Of a stretch of 64,000 bases of DNA, positions 34,243 through 43,640 are shown in pieces. Both the position numbers and the translations under genes were made by a program. The notes beneath the pieces were generated by a model. That model searched no databases, had not been told where the DNA came from, and saw nothing but the letters and a program-made list of their open reading frames with translations. The DNA comes from an uncultured Gammaproteobacteria bacterium (lineage in GTDB: Bacteria > Patescibacteriota > Patescibacteriia > Patescibacteriales > GWC2-42-12): contig CAZHZE010000001.1 in the NCBI GenBank assembly GCA_964537265.1, positions 27,103 through 91,102 on the forward strand. The letters are read 5' to 3'. The stretch's first letter is position 1. The number at the start of each line of letters is the position of its first letter.

Positions 34243-34278
34243 AAAAACCCTGGCTCAAATGAGCGCAGGGCTTTTTTT
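34243..34278. terminator. Bidirectional terminator
   Basis: CCCTGGCTC-AAAT-GAGCGCAGGG followed by a T-run, with an A-run upstream. Confidence 0.6.
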
Positions 34279-34292
34279 AGTTATAAAAAATC

Positions 34293-34628
34293 TTAATCGA
34301 TTTTAGTAATTTCTACTTTCGTAAAAGGCTGGCGATGGCCGACATTTCTTTTATATCTGGTTTTATTTTTAAACTTAATTACGCTTATTTTTTTTCCTCT
34401 GCCCTGTTCTAAAATTCTTCCCTTTACCATTTCATCTAAAGCCGGCTGGCCTAATTTAATATTATCATCTTTAGCAATTAATAAAGTTTTAAATTCTAAA
34501 ATTTCACCGGCATCGCCGTTAATTTTTTCAATTTTTAATTTTTGTCCCTGGCTTACTTTATATTGTTTTCCGCCAGTTTTAATAACCGCTATCTTTGTTG
34601 GGTTGGATAATTCGCTTTGCATTGCCAT
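34293..34628 (-). CDS. rplU: 50S ribosomal protein L21
   Basis: AVIKTGGKQYKVSQGQKLKIEK ... KFKNKTRYKRNVGHRQPFTKVEI. Confidence 0.9.
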   Translation of the reverse strand: MAMQSELSNPTKIAVIKTGGKQYKVSQGQKLKIEKINGDAGEILEFKTLLIAKDDNIKLGQPALDEMVKGRILEQGRGKKISVIKFKNKTRYKRNVGHRQPFTKVEITKID

Positions 34629-34741
34629 ATAATTTAGAAAACCCTATTATCAAAATTAAATAATAATTTTATCTAACAAGGTGAATAAAAATTTTTATTA
34701 AAAAATAAAAGCCCGCTAAAATCAGGCAGAATATTAAAATA

Positions 34742-35770
34742 TTAAACTATTCTTTGCTTCCTGTCAAGATAAGCTAAAAAAACAATAACAATTACCATAA
34801 TAAACGTCAAAACGGTCAAAGCAAGAATTTTACCTTTGCTTTGCAAAAATAAAGCTGACAAACCGAAAACAAGGGAAATTATATAAAAAAACAAAACTGA
34901 TTTTTTAACGCCTAAACCTAAATTAAGCAAACGAAAATGCAAATGTTTCCTGTCGGCGAATTTAAATGGATTTTTACCATCCAATAAACGCCTAATTATA
35001 GTCCAAGCCACATCCAAAATAGGCACACCCATAACTAGCAAAGCTATAGCTATTTTACCGCCTGATATTATAGAAAGTACGCCTAAAGCATAACCCAAAA
35101 ATAATGATCCGCCTTCGCCTAAAAATATTTTTGCCGGGTGCCAATTAAAAACTAAAAATCCCAGACAAGCGCCAGCTAAAACTAAAGCGGCCAAAGCTAT
35201 ATCCGGCTGATAATATTTTGTTGTTAAAGTAAAAAGGAAAATAACAAACGAGCCTATAAAAGTTAAACCGCTGACTAAACCGTCCAAACCGTCAAGCAAT
35301 TTTGTTGTGTACATCATACCCAAAAGCCAAAAAGCAACTAAAATAGCCGACAGAGCCCCAAGATAAAAATAACCTCCAAACGGGTTAGTAATTTTTTCTA
35401 TTTCTACGCCGCCGATAATAACGCTGGCAATAGCTAAAATTGGCCAGATAATCTGCTGGGTTGGTTTTAATTTGTATTTATCATCAAAAAATCCGCCAAT
35501 CATTAGCCAAACACCGCCAATAAAAAATCCTAGCCAATGCCTAATTTCTAAATTTCCGGTCACTAAATCTTGGCGAAAAAAATATAATATAATAAAAAAA
35601 GCGAAAAAAATAGCTAAACCTCCTAAAAGCGGAACTTCCTGGGCATGAATTTTTCTTTCTATATCTGGCTTATCAGTAATTTTTAATTTAAAGGCTAATT
35701 TAATAACTAACCATGTTAAAAAAGCGGAAAAAAGAAAAATTATTGTAAAAATTTGCAAATAATAAAGCAT
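34742..35770 (-). CDS. Polyprenyl-phosphate sugar-1-phosphate transferase (MraY/WecA family)
   Basis: About ten TM segments and the motifs VPLLGGLAIF, FFDDKYKLKP and LLDGLDGLVSG. I cannot tell from sequence alone whether it is MraY or WecA-like. Confidence 0.75.
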   Translation of the reverse strand: MLYYLQIFTIIFLFSAFLTWLVIKLAFKLKITDKPDIERKIHAQEVPLLGGLAIFFAFFIILYFFRQDLVTGNLEIRHWLGFFIGGVWLMIGGFFDDKYKLKPTQQIIWPILAIASVIIGGVEIEKITNPFGGYFYLGALSAILVAFWLLGMMYTTKLLDGLDGLVSGLTFIGSFVIFLFTLTTKYYQPDIALAALVLAGACLGFLVFNWHPAKIFLGEGGSLFLGYALGVLSIISGGKIAIALLVMGVPILDVAWTIIRRLLDGKNPFKFADRKHLHFRLLNLGLGVKKSVLFFYIISLVFGLSALFLQSKGKILALTVLTFIMVIVIVFLAYLDRKQRIV

Positions 35771-35852
35771 AAAAAATTATCAACTTGATTTTTTCTAGAA
35801 ATAATGTAGTATAAAATTTATAAAATCAAAATATAATAAGGGGGTAGTAGAA

Positions 35853-36230
35853 ATGTGGAAAAGGTTTAACAAACAGATAGCTATCGGGGTTTTTGGTAAT
35901 TTTTTACCGTTGGGAGCTCATATACTCCTCGATTACTTATTCGAGGACGAAGAAACAGAGGGGTTTATATATAAACGCAACCCAACATTAAAAGATTTCC
36001 AAATACTGGATAAGATAATATGTTCGGTTGATGTTTATAAAAAATTTGAAACCGAGCTAACAAAATTATCAAAGAAGAAAAAAATAACTGTAGTATATGA
36101 ACATGACGTCAGCGCAGAGATAGATGGCATCAACAAATTATACATATGCCATAGCGACCAGACGTTAATAAACGCTGAACACAAAAGCATTCTTAAAAAA
36201 CCGGGTGCGAGTGGTTTCAGAAAAAAATAA
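35853..36230 (+). CDS. Hypothetical protein
   Basis: 125-aa ORF with SD-like AAGGGGG upstream. No family recognised. Confidence 0.5.
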   Translation: MWKRFNKQIAIGVFGNFLPLGAHILLDYLFEDEETEGFIYKRNPTLKDFQILDKIICSVDVYKKFETELTKLSKKKKITVVYEHDVSAEIDGINKLYICHSDQTLINAEHKSILKKPGASGFRKK

Positions 36231-36244
36231 AAAACGCTTTCATC

Positions 36245-36280
36245 AAGGACGAATATTAATTACATATTCGTCCTTTTTTT
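36245..36280. terminator. Terminator between convergent genes
   Basis: 12-bp stem AAGGACGAATAT / ATATTCGTCCTT followed by a T-run. Confidence 0.7.
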
Positions 36281-36302
36281 AATTTTTTATTTTTTCAATA
36301 TA

Positions 36303-39056
36303 TTATAATTCCCTAGCCTTTTCAACCTGCAACTTAGCTTCTTTATCTATAATAATTGTGTCTCTTCTTTTTAAACCATTAGCTAAAACTTGATTAGCGA
36401 TTTCATTTTCAATTTTTTCCTGGATTAAACGCCTAAGCGGCCGGGCGCCGAATTTAGGATCAAAACCTAAACCAGCTAATTTTTTTATCCCCTCTTCTTC
36501 ATATTTTAAACCAATGCCTTTGGTTTCCAAAAGCCGCTTAACTTTATTAAGCATTAATTTCGTGATACTTTCAACTTCTTCTAACCCCAAAGGTTTAAAT
36601 ACCACAACGCCATCAAAACGATTAATTAATTCTGGTTTTAAATATTTATTAAGTTGATCATTTATTAAAGACTGCTTTATAACATCAAGCGAAGCACCGG
36701 CGCGTATCTGATCTTGGATATAAACCGCTCCGATATTAGAAGTCGCAATAATAATGCAGTTAGTAAAATTTATTGTTCTGCCCATGCCATCAGTTAAACG
36801 TCCATCATCCATAACTTGCAAAAATAAATTTAATATATCAGGGTGGGCTTTCTCCAACTCATCTAAAAGAACCAGAGAAAACGGAGCTTTGCGCACGGCT
36901 TCGGTTAAATACCCTAAAGCTCCATTGGGCGAACCGATCATTTTTTCCACAGATTCAGGACGCTGATATTCACTCATATCTATTCTAACCATATAATTTT
37001 CATCGCCAAAATAAACCTCGGCAACGGTTTTCGCTAATTCTGTTTTACCGACTCCAGTCGGACCCAAAAATAAAAAGCTGGCGATCGGGCGTTTCTGTTC
37101 TCTTAATTCTGTGCGCGCGCGCCTTAAACTCGCCGCCACCATATCAACCGCCTCAGATTGGCCAATCATACGATTATGAATCTTTTCTTCAAGATTAAGC
37201 AAAGTCTCGCTTTCCTTCTCCGTAATTTTCGTTAAAGGAATTTTTGTTTTCTGGCTGACTATCTCAGCTACATCTTCAACATCAACCATGCTATTTATAC
37301 CTTTATCTTTAGAAACTTTAACCGCAATAGCTTCTAAAATATCTACTGCTTTAGCCGGCAAATATTTATCATGAATATATTTAGCCGATAATTCCACGGC
37401 TTTGGCAATGCTGGCGTAAGTAAAATAAACTTGAAATTTCGCTTCGTAAAATCCTATTTTACTTTCTATCATCTGAATGGATAAATTATTATTCGGTTCT
37501 TCTACCTCTACCTTAGACATAATTGAGCCAAGCGGTTGGTTTTCAATATACTTTACATAACTTTCCTGAGTAACGCTGGCTAAACAAATAATATTATGGC
37601 GGTCAATGGCATTCATTAAAACATCGGATAATTCCAAGCTTTCTTCTCCGCCGGCCGTGATGCCCATTAAATTTTCTATATTATTTATGTATAAAATAAT
37701 ATTGCCGGCACGGGCTACTTCATCAATTATAACCAAAAGCCTTTCTTCCGCTTGAGCGGCGGTAATGCCGCTTAGCAAACGAGAAATGTCCAATTCTAAA
37801 AGACGCTTATCCTTTAAAGTTTTTGGCACATCTTCTTCCACCATCTGTCTAGCAATTTGGCCAATAATTATATTTTTACCCACGCCGGGATTGCCGCAAA
37901 GTATTATGCCATTTTTACCGCTTTCTAAAATTTCAAATATTTGTTTAATTTCTTGCTCGCGCCCGACACATAATTCCAACCTTCCCCATTTAGCCGCCAA
38001 AGTTAAATCATATGCAAAATGATTTAGAATAGGCGTGGCTACGGCCGTGTAAGCTCTATCCATGGCATTGCCAGGTTTAAAGCGCGAAGCCTTTTTATAA
38101 AGATGGTAATTTTCTACTAGCCTTTCGCTAATAATAAACCATTGGATAACATTATTTATTTTATCATGATCAATTTCTAAATCGTAAAGCAATTCGCTTA
38201 AATTTTTATCTCGAGATAAAATAGGTAAAATAAAATGAATCGGTTCAACTTTTTTTTGTCCGGAATTTAAAGCGCTAATATAACTTTCAAAAAAAATTTC
38301 TTTAATTTCAGGCGATATTTCCGTCGATTGATTTATTGTTTCTACGGCCAATAATTGATTTTTTAATTTAGAAATTAGTTTAGCCGAATCAACGTTTAAT
38401 CGAGAAAAAACCGCTGACACTCCCCTGTCTTTCAATAAATTAAAAAATAAATGAATCGGTCTAACTTGACCATGTTTTGAAAAACTAGCTAAATTAAAAG
38501 CCTGTTCGATTGTTTTAATGGCGATCTGGCTAAAACCGCTAGAAACTTCAATTTTGTATTTATTTCTTGTCTTATTAAATTCCACCCAGTTATTAGGAGA
38601 TTTAAATTCATTTTTTTGGCCATATTTTATTTTTTTTATTTTTTGCTTGGACGCTTGTTCTTCGCTTAAACGATAAATTATAAACATATCTACAAGCAAA
38701 CTAAGCCAAAAAAATAAAATAAAGGGGCTTTTAACCCGCCAAAAAGAAAAAGCCGATAGGCCCTGAGTTTCTTGACCAGCTATTACCACCCAATATGTTA
38801 AAGCCATCAACCCGCCCAAACCGATAACTAAAGCCGACAAATTTAAAAATATATTTAAACCTTTTTTTAAATGCCTTAATTTTATAGCCGGCAGACTAAT
38901 GGGTAAACCCCAATAAAAAAATCTGCCTTCATAAATTGCAATAAGGCCGACGCCTGAACAATTTTTGCAAGATAATCCGTTATTAATTTTACCTGTACCG
39001 CCGCAAACCGAACAAGTTATATATTGAATGTTAGATTTTTTTATATCTTCGGACAT
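36303..39056 (-). CDS. Membrane-anchored Hsp100/Clp-family ATPase with an N-terminal zinc ribbon and a degenerate first AAA+ module
   Basis: N-terminus CSVCGGTGKINNGLSCKNCSGVG (two CxxCxGxG), then about three TM segments and Clp_N-like repeats. D1 has GNPGVGKN and ILYINNIEN in place of GxxGxGKT and hhhhDE. D2 is intact ([19 protein letters not shown]). There is no coiled-coil middle domain. Confidence 0.8.
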   Translation of the reverse strand: MSEDIKKSNIQYITCSVCGGTGKINNGLSCKNCSGVGLIAIYEGRFFYWGLPISLPAIKLRHLKKGLNIFLNLSALVIGLGGLMALTYWVVIAGQETQGLSAFSFWRVKSPFILFFWLSLLVDMFIIYRLSEEQASKQKIKKIKYGQKNEFKSPNNWVEFNKTRNKYKIEVSSGFSQIAIKTIEQAFNLASFSKHGQVRPIHLFFNLLKDRGVSAVFSRLNVDSAKLISKLKNQLLAVETINQSTEISPEIKEIFFESYISALNSGQKKVEPIHFILPILSRDKNLSELLYDLEIDHDKINNVIQWFIISERLVENYHLYKKASRFKPGNAMDRAYTAVATPILNHFAYDLTLAAKWGRLELCVGREQEIKQIFEILESGKNGIILCGNPGVGKNIIIGQIARQMVEEDVPKTLKDKRLLELDISRLLSGITAAQAEERLLVIIDEVARAGNIILYINNIENLMGITAGGEESLELSDVLMNAIDRHNIICLASVTQESYVKYIENQPLGSIMSKVEVEEPNNNLSIQMIESKIGFYEAKFQVYFTYASIAKAVELSAKYIHDKYLPAKAVDILEAIAVKVSKDKGINSMVDVEDVAEIVSQKTKIPLTKITEKESETLLNLEEKIHNRMIGQSEAVDMVAASLRRARTELREQKRPIASFLFLGPTGVGKTELAKTVAEVYFGDENYMVRIDMSEYQRPESVEKMIGSPNGALGYLTEAVRKAPFSLVLLDELEKAHPDILNLFLQVMDDGRLTDGMGRTINFTNCIIIATSNIGAVYIQDQIRAGASLDVIKQSLINDQLNKYLKPELINRFDGVVVFKPLGLEEVESITKLMLNKVKRLLETKGIGLKYEEEGIKKLAGLGFDPKFGARPLRRLIQEKIENEIANQVLANGLKRRDTIIIDKEAKLQVEKAREL

Positions 39057-39065
39057 GAAAAAAAA

Positions 39066-39446
39066 TTATAAAAATTGAAAAATTATTTCGTAAATAACAA
39101 ATATTGGGAATAAAACCCAAAAAGAAATAATTACAACAACAACAATCAGCCAACATATCATAATTAAACTTCTGACAATAATCTGCACCAAGCGCACAAG
39201 AAAACTTATCAGCATACCGGCAAAATCATATTGCGCATACATTGGACGAAAAATATTTTTTACCCAAACTAAAAGCGCCAAAGACTTTTCTTTGTCGCTT
39301 AAAAAATGCCCCATACTAATAAGCAAATCTAACAAGCCTCGGCCATACCACCAAAGCGGAAAATAAATAACATCGCGGATAAGTTCAATTATTATTTGGA
39401 TGCTATAAAAGACAAAACTATTGTTCATAAAATTAACAATTATCAA
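39066..39446 (-). CDS. Small polytopic membrane protein, apparently co-transcribed with the Hsp100 paralog
   Basis: 126 aa with 3-4 hydrophobic segments. Its stop lies 9 nt upstream of the start of ORF 36303..39056. Confidence 0.55.
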   Translation of the reverse strand: MIIVNFMNNSFVFYSIQIIIELIRDVIYFPLWWYGRGLLDLLISMGHFLSDKEKSLALLVWVKNIFRPMYAQYDFAGMLISFLVRLVQIIVRSLIMICWLIVVVVIISFWVLFPIFVIYEIIFQFL

Positions 39447-39496
39447 TTACGAATTTAAAATTTATAATTGATAATTGCAAATTAATAATTGATTTT

Positions 39497-39526
39497 ATTA
39501 TACCACATTCTTTCTGATTTTACCAA
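39497..39526 (-). promoter_or_regulatory. Candidate promoter of the membrane-protein/Hsp100 operon
   Basis: The minus strand carries TTGGTA, an 18-nt spacer and TGGTATAAT (extended -10). Confidence 0.45.
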
Positions 39527-39530
39527 ACGC

Positions 39531-39559
39531 TTGACACTAATTTAATTATTGTGTAATAT
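39531..39559 (+). promoter_or_regulatory. Candidate promoter of the secE-nusG-rplKA region
   Basis: TTGACA, a 17-nt spacer and TAATAT. A small GCCC-GACA-GGGC hairpin with a T-run follows at 39579..39598. Confidence 0.45.
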
Positions 39560-39658
39560 ATAATTATCAATAAATACCGCCCGACAGGGCTGTTTTTTAA
39601 AATTCTTTAAAAACTTTTTCAAAAAAGTTTTTAATATTTTCAAAAAATATAATGTATT

Positions 39659-39709
39659 AAGCTAAAATTTAATAGCGAGTAAAACTCTACGGCCATTAAA
39701 TTTTAGCTT
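39659..39709 (+). promoter_or_regulatory. Hairpin with a perfect 15-bp AT-rich stem and a conserved 21-nt loop in the secE leader (copy 2)
   Basis: AAGCTAAAATTTAAT-[AGCGAGTAAAACTCTACGGCC]-ATTAAATTTTAGCTT, ending 14 nt before the secE ATG. The loop matches the ftsI-leader copy at 19 of 21 positions. Confidence 0.5.
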
Positions 39710-39722
39710 AATAAATGTAAAT

Positions 39723-39911
39723 ATGAGCAAAATAATCAATTACATCAAAGCCTCGATTGAAGAAATGAAAAAAGTTACTTGGCCGACAAAAAAAGAAACC
39801 TACAACTATACCGTATTAGTAATTTTTATCAGTTTAGGCGTAGCTTTATTTTTAGGAGTTTTAGATTTAATCTTTAATAAAGGCTTAGAATATTTAATTA
39901 CCAATATTTAA
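39723..39911 (+). CDS. secE: Preprotein translocase subunit SecE
   Basis: 62 aa with EEMKKVTWPTKKE followed by a single TM segment. It lies immediately upstream of nusG. Confidence 0.8.
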   Translation: MSKIINYIKASIEEMKKVTWPTKKETYNYTVLVIFISLGVALFLGVLDLIFNKGLEYLITNI

Positions 39912-39921
39912 TCATCCCCAT

Positions 39922-40467
39922 ATGGCTAAACAAACATTAAATCAAGGCCGCCGCTGGTATGTTCTGCATACCTATTCCGGTTACGAAGAAAATGTATCGC
40001 AAAATTTAAAACAAAGGATTGAATCCATGGACATGGAAGATAAGATTTTTAATATTCTAATCCCTACGGAAAAAAAGATTAAAATTAAAAATGGAAAAAG
40101 AAAAATTGTTGAAGAAAAAATCTTCCCTGGCTATGTTTTAGTGGAGATGATCGTTAACGACGATTCTTGGTATGTGGTTAGAAATACACCTAACGTTACC
40201 GGTTTTATTGGCACAGGTACTATCCCGACTCCTATTTCTGAACATGAAATAAAAGATTTACAGAAACGCATGGGCGTTGAAGAGCCTAAATTTAAAATTG
40301 ACGTTTCAGTTAATTCACCAGTGCGTATTACCGACGGACCTTTTAAAAACTTAGAAGGTAAAGTAGCCGATATTGATGAAGCTAAGGGAAAAATTAAAGT
40401 TATAGTTTCCATGTTCGGTAGAGAAACTCCAGTTGAATTAGATTTCTTACAAATTAAAAAAATATAA
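39922..40467 (+). CDS. nusG: Transcription termination/antitermination factor NusG
   Basis: WYVLHTYSGYEENV, FPGYVLVEM, and a KOW region (VRITDGPFKNLEGKVADID). Confidence 0.9.
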   Translation: MAKQTLNQGRRWYVLHTYSGYEENVSQNLKQRIESMDMEDKIFNILIPTEKKIKIKNGKRKIVEEKIFPGYVLVEMIVNDDSWYVVRNTPNVTGFIGTGTIPTPISEHEIKDLQKRMGVEEPKFKIDVSVNSPVRITDGPFKNLEGKVADIDEAKGKIKVIVSMFGRETPVELDFLQIKKI

Positions 40468-40581
40468 CAATAAGTTAAAAGTAGAAAGTTATAAAGTTAT
40501 AAAGTAAAATTTATTTTATAAAAGCTTCTCTTTCATATAACTTTCAACTTTAAAAACTTTATAACTTTTAACTAACATAAT

Positions 40582-41004
40582 ATGGCTAAAAAAATATTGA
40601 CTAAAATTAAATTGCAGATTCCTGCCGGTCAAGCCAATCCTGCGCCTCCAGTAGGTCCAGCTTTAGGCCAACACGGTTTAAATATTGCTCAATTTTGTAA
40701 AGACTTTAATGATAGGACAAAAGACAAAATGGGAGATATTACGCCGGTTGAAATCACGGTTTTTGAAGATAGAAGTTATACTTTTATTTTAAAAACTCCT
40801 CCGGCCGCCGAATTAATTAAAAAATTCGCGAAAATCCCGAAAGGTTCTGGTAAACCTTTGTCGGAAAAAGTCGGCTCAATCACTAAGGCTCAACTCAAAG
40901 AAATTGCGGAAATAAAAATGCCCGACCTTAATGCTAACGATATTGAAGCAGCGATGAAAATTATTGCTGGTACGGCCAGACAAATGGGAGTAGAAATTAA
41001 ATAA
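40582..41004 (+). CDS. rplK: 50S ribosomal protein L11
   Basis: [27 protein letters not shown]. Confidence 0.95.
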   Translation: MAKKILTKIKLQIPAGQANPAPPVGPALGQHGLNIAQFCKDFNDRTKDKMGDITPVEITVFEDRSYTFILKTPPAAELIKKFAKIPKGSGKPLSEKVGSITKAQLKEIAEIKMPDLNANDIEAAMKIIAGTARQMGVEIK

Positions 41005-41059
41005 TTAAATAATTTGTGGGAGCTTTAATTTATATTAAAGCGCTCGCACCACGAAACTT

Positions 41060-41731
41060 ATGACAAAAAAAACACAAGCGACAGTTGAATACGATGCTAA
41101 CAAAGCTTATTCAATCGCCGAAGCAGTTGAATTAACTAAAAAATTATCTAAAACAAAATTTGATGCTTCAGTAGAAGTTCATTTTCGCTTAGGTATTGAT
41201 ACAAAAAAAGGCGAACAGCAAGTCAGATTAGCTGTTTCCTTGCCGAACGGCACTGGTAAAACCGTTAAGGTAGCGGCTTTTGTAACCCCGGAAAAAGAAA
41301 AAGAGACTCGCGAAGCCGGAGCTGATTATGTTGGCGGAGATGATTTAATAAACGAAATTAAAAAAACCGAAAAGACAGATTTTCAGGTAGCCGTAGCCGA
41401 ACCAGCCATAATGAAAAACTTAGCCGCTATCGCTAAAATCTTAGGAACCCGAGGCCTTATGCCTTCACCTAAAAATGAAACTGTAACTCCTAATCCGGCT
41501 AAAGCCGTTGCCGAATTGAAAAAAGGCAAAGTCAGTTTAAAAAATGACGATACTGGCAATGTGCATGTAGCTATCGGAAAAATTTCTTTTGAGAATAATA
41601 AATTAGTAGAAAATTTTGAAACGCTCTTAGAAGCGATTAAAAAAGCTAAACCGGCGACTTCAAAAGGTATTTATATTAAAAGCGTTTACTTAAGTTCAAC
41701 CATGGGCCCTGGATTAAAAATTGCCTTATAA
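41060..41731 (+). CDS. rplA: 50S ribosomal protein L1
   Basis: FDASVEVHFRLGIDTKKGEQQVR ... GTRGLMPSPK. Confidence 0.95.
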   Translation: MTKKTQATVEYDANKAYSIAEAVELTKKLSKTKFDASVEVHFRLGIDTKKGEQQVRLAVSLPNGTGKTVKVAAFVTPEKEKETREAGADYVGGDDLINEIKKTEKTDFQVAVAEPAIMKNLAAIAKILGTRGLMPSPKNETVTPNPAKAVAELKKGKVSLKNDDTGNVHVAIGKISFENNKLVENFETLLEAIKKAKPATSKGIYIKSVYLSSTMGPGLKIAL

Positions 41732-41750
41732 ATTTAAACATCAATTAATA

Positions 41751-41781
41751 TAAAAACAGAGGTTTATAAAACCTCTGTTTT
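41751..41781 (+). terminator. Terminator after rplA
   Basis: Stem CAGAGGTTT / AAACCTCTG followed by TTTTT. Confidence 0.65.
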
Positions 41782-41791
41782 TATATTTAAC

Positions 41792-41822
41792 TCAAAAAAA
41801 GAGGATGCTACGCAAGCATCCT
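41792..41822 (-). terminator. Terminator after ndk
   Basis: The minus strand reads GAGGATGCT-TGCGT-AGCATCCTC followed by TTTTTTT. Confidence 0.65.
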
Positions 41823-41834
41823 CGGCTAATTTAT

Positions 41835-42290
41835 TTATCCCGGCCAAATTATTTTTTCTTCCCTGTTGGCATTTTCTGAAGAATCAGAAGAATGTACGGC
41901 GTTTCTTGAACCCGGGTCCATTTCGCCCGGCGGAGCTTTTATTCCGTACTTAGCTCTTATGGTTCCTTCTTCGGCAAGGCGAGAATCGGTGTGGCCATTT
42001 ATTTTTCTTACTTTCTTTATAGCGTCAGGTCCTTCAATAAGAAAAACAGCTGACTCGCCGGCCGTTGTTGTATCTAAAAGATTCTCGAAATAAAATTTAC
42101 CTTCATGAGCAGAATAAAATTCTGCTGCCTTTCTTCTCGTGAAAGTAAGGCGTAATCCTTTTACAATCTTTAAAGTTTGATCGGCCAGATAAAAAGATTT
42201 GATGTCTAATATAACATCATCGCCATAATCAATAAGAACATGAGGTCTGATCATAACCACTGTTTTTTCTACCTTATTTATATTAAACAA
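41835..42290 (-). CDS. ndk: Nucleoside diphosphate kinase (divergent)
   Basis: TVVMIRPH, GTIRAKYG and NAVHSSDSSENANREEKIIW match the NDK active-site His region. The start is TTG with GGAGGTG 5 nt upstream. Confidence 0.75.
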   Translation of the reverse strand: MFNINKVEKTVVMIRPHVLIDYGDDVILDIKSFYLADQTLKIVKGLRLTFTRRKAAEFYSAHEGKFYFENLLDTTTAGESAVFLIEGPDAIKKVRKINGHTDSRLAEEGTIRAKYGIKAPPGEMDPGSRNAVHSSDSSENANREEKIIWPG

Positions 42291-42374
42291 CCTTTCACCT
42301 CCTTGAAAAAATTTTATAAAAAATAAAAGAACATTTTTGTTAATTTTACATCATAATATTAAAAAGTCAAATCC

Positions 42375-42403
42375 TTGCTTTCTTATTTACCATTTGATAA
42401 AAT
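42375..42403 (+). promoter_or_regulatory. Candidate promoter of the dCMP deaminase operon
   Basis: TTGCTT, a 17-nt spacer and TAAAAT. Confidence 0.35.
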
Positions 42404-42519
42404 AAAAGAACTTTAAACCAATTAACAAAAAATAGTTAGTTGTTTTTTACTTTATTATTAGGCAATTTGCGGATCATATTTCCCTCTTTTTGGGAGCCGC
42501 CAAATAACATTATATCAAT

Positions 42520-43056
42520 ATGGCAAAACTCAAAGAACCAAAAATTTCCCGCTTAAGCTGGGATGAATTATTTATGAATATGGCCATTCTCTGCGCCAAA
42601 CGAACTGCTTGCCGTTATGTGGAAGCTGGCGCCGTTTATGTCGACCAAAATCACCGCGTAATTTCCATCGGCTATAATGGTCCGACCGAAGGCGATTATC
42701 ATTGCATTGATGTCGGTTGCGCTAAAGTTGACGGTGACCCACAAACTAAAGAATTAAAACGTTGCCGTGGCGCCCATGCAGAAATGAACGGCATTGCTAA
42801 CTCCGTAGATACAACCCGCCTAAGAGGCAGCATACTCTACACAGCCACTTTCCCCTGCTACGACTGTATGAAATCTTTAAATAATTCTGGCATTAAAGAA
42901 ATAATATATTTTGAAGAATACGAGAGAATAAAAGCCGGCGGCAAAGAGACTGAAAAAGAAAACGAGGCGCGCGAATTAGCTGATCGACGCGGCATAAAAA
43001 TAAGAAAGTACAACGGCAAAGTTTATTGCCAAGTTGATTTTAAAAACCACGAATAA
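42520..43056 (+). CDS. dCMP deaminase (ComEB/Dcd1 type)
   Basis: Zinc motifs GAHAEMNGI and PCYDCMK, plus a typical N-terminus (WDELFMNMAILCAKRTAC). Confidence 0.85.
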   Translation: MAKLKEPKISRLSWDELFMNMAILCAKRTACRYVEAGAVYVDQNHRVISIGYNGPTEGDYHCIDVGCAKVDGDPQTKELKRCRGAHAEMNGIANSVDTTRLRGSILYTATFPCYDCMKSLNNSGIKEIIYFEEYERIKAGGKETEKENEARELADRRGIKIRKYNGKVYCQVDFKNHE

Positions 43057-43057
43057 T

Positions 43058-43606
43058 ATGATTTTAGGAATTAAAAAACTCCACGAACTAGTAGAAAAAA
43101 TTAAATTAGTAGAAAACCTCTGCGAACGGGAAATGAATAATCCCGAAGGCGCCGGTTTTGATTTGCGTTTAGGAGAAATTTATGAACTCGAAGGCAACGG
43201 TTTTTTAGGAGTTGAAGAACGCGATACTCCTAAAATAAAATTAGTAGCTAAAAACGAATCGGAAAAGGGCGAAGCGGAAAATTTTTTTATTTTTGAACCG
43301 GGTAAATATTATTTAGTAAAAACTATTGAAAAAGTTAATCTGCCGGTTACTTTATCTGGTATAATTTTTCCTCGCACTACTATGTTTCGTTCTGGACTAG
43401 GATTATTTAACGGCATAGTCCAGCCTGGCTACTCGGGCGAACTTACCTTCGGCGTCTGCAATTTAGGTAAAAGCAATATTAAAATATCCTTTGGCGCGCG
43501 CATCGTTCATATTACTTTTCACGAAGTATTGGGTGAAGGCAATGAATATCGAGGACAATGGCAAGGCGGACGCGTGGCTACGGATGGAAAAGAGGTTCAG
43601 ATATAA
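43058..43606 (+). CDS. dcd: dCTP deaminase / dUTPase-superfamily protein (Dcd-like)
   Basis: FDLRLG, FPRTTMFRSGLGL and VQPGYSGELTFGVCNLG parallel E. coli Dcd VDVRLG, GRSSLARLGL and IDPGWSGCIVLEF. I chose the ATG at 43058. Confidence 0.75.
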   Translation: MILGIKKLHELVEKIKLVENLCEREMNNPEGAGFDLRLGEIYELEGNGFLGVEERDTPKIKLVAKNESEKGEAENFFIFEPGKYYLVKTIEKVNLPVTLSGIIFPRTTMFRSGLGLFNGIVQPGYSGELTFGVCNLGKSNIKISFGARIVHITFHEVLGEGNEYRGQWQGGRVATDGKEVQI

Positions 43607-43633
43607 AAAAGAAGGATGCTTTAAAGCATCCTT
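43605..43633 (-). terminator. Terminator after the small minus-strand ORF; the hairpin also closes dcd
   Basis: The minus strand reads AAGGATGCTT-TA-AAGCATCCTT followed by CTTTTTT. Confidence 0.6.
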
Positions 43634-43640
43634 GCGAAAA

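Noticed and set aside
40468-40581. AT-rich inverted repeats between nusG and rplK, and a GGGAGC...GCGCTCGC hairpin in the rplK-rplA spacer (41005-41059), considered as L1/L11 autoregulatory leader structures.
   Set aside because: The pairing is real. But the sequence is low-complexity AT, and I cannot match it to the L1-binding consensus from memory with any confidence. An Rfam scan is needed before making a claim.
41800-43633. Two hairpins with similar AGGATGC stems (41800-41822 and 43612-43633) flanking ndk, the dCMP deaminase gene and dcd, considered as terminal repeats of a mobile segment.
   Set aside because: Only 7-8 nt are shared. Both sit exactly where intrinsic terminators are expected and have U-runs, so ordinary terminators are the simpler reading.
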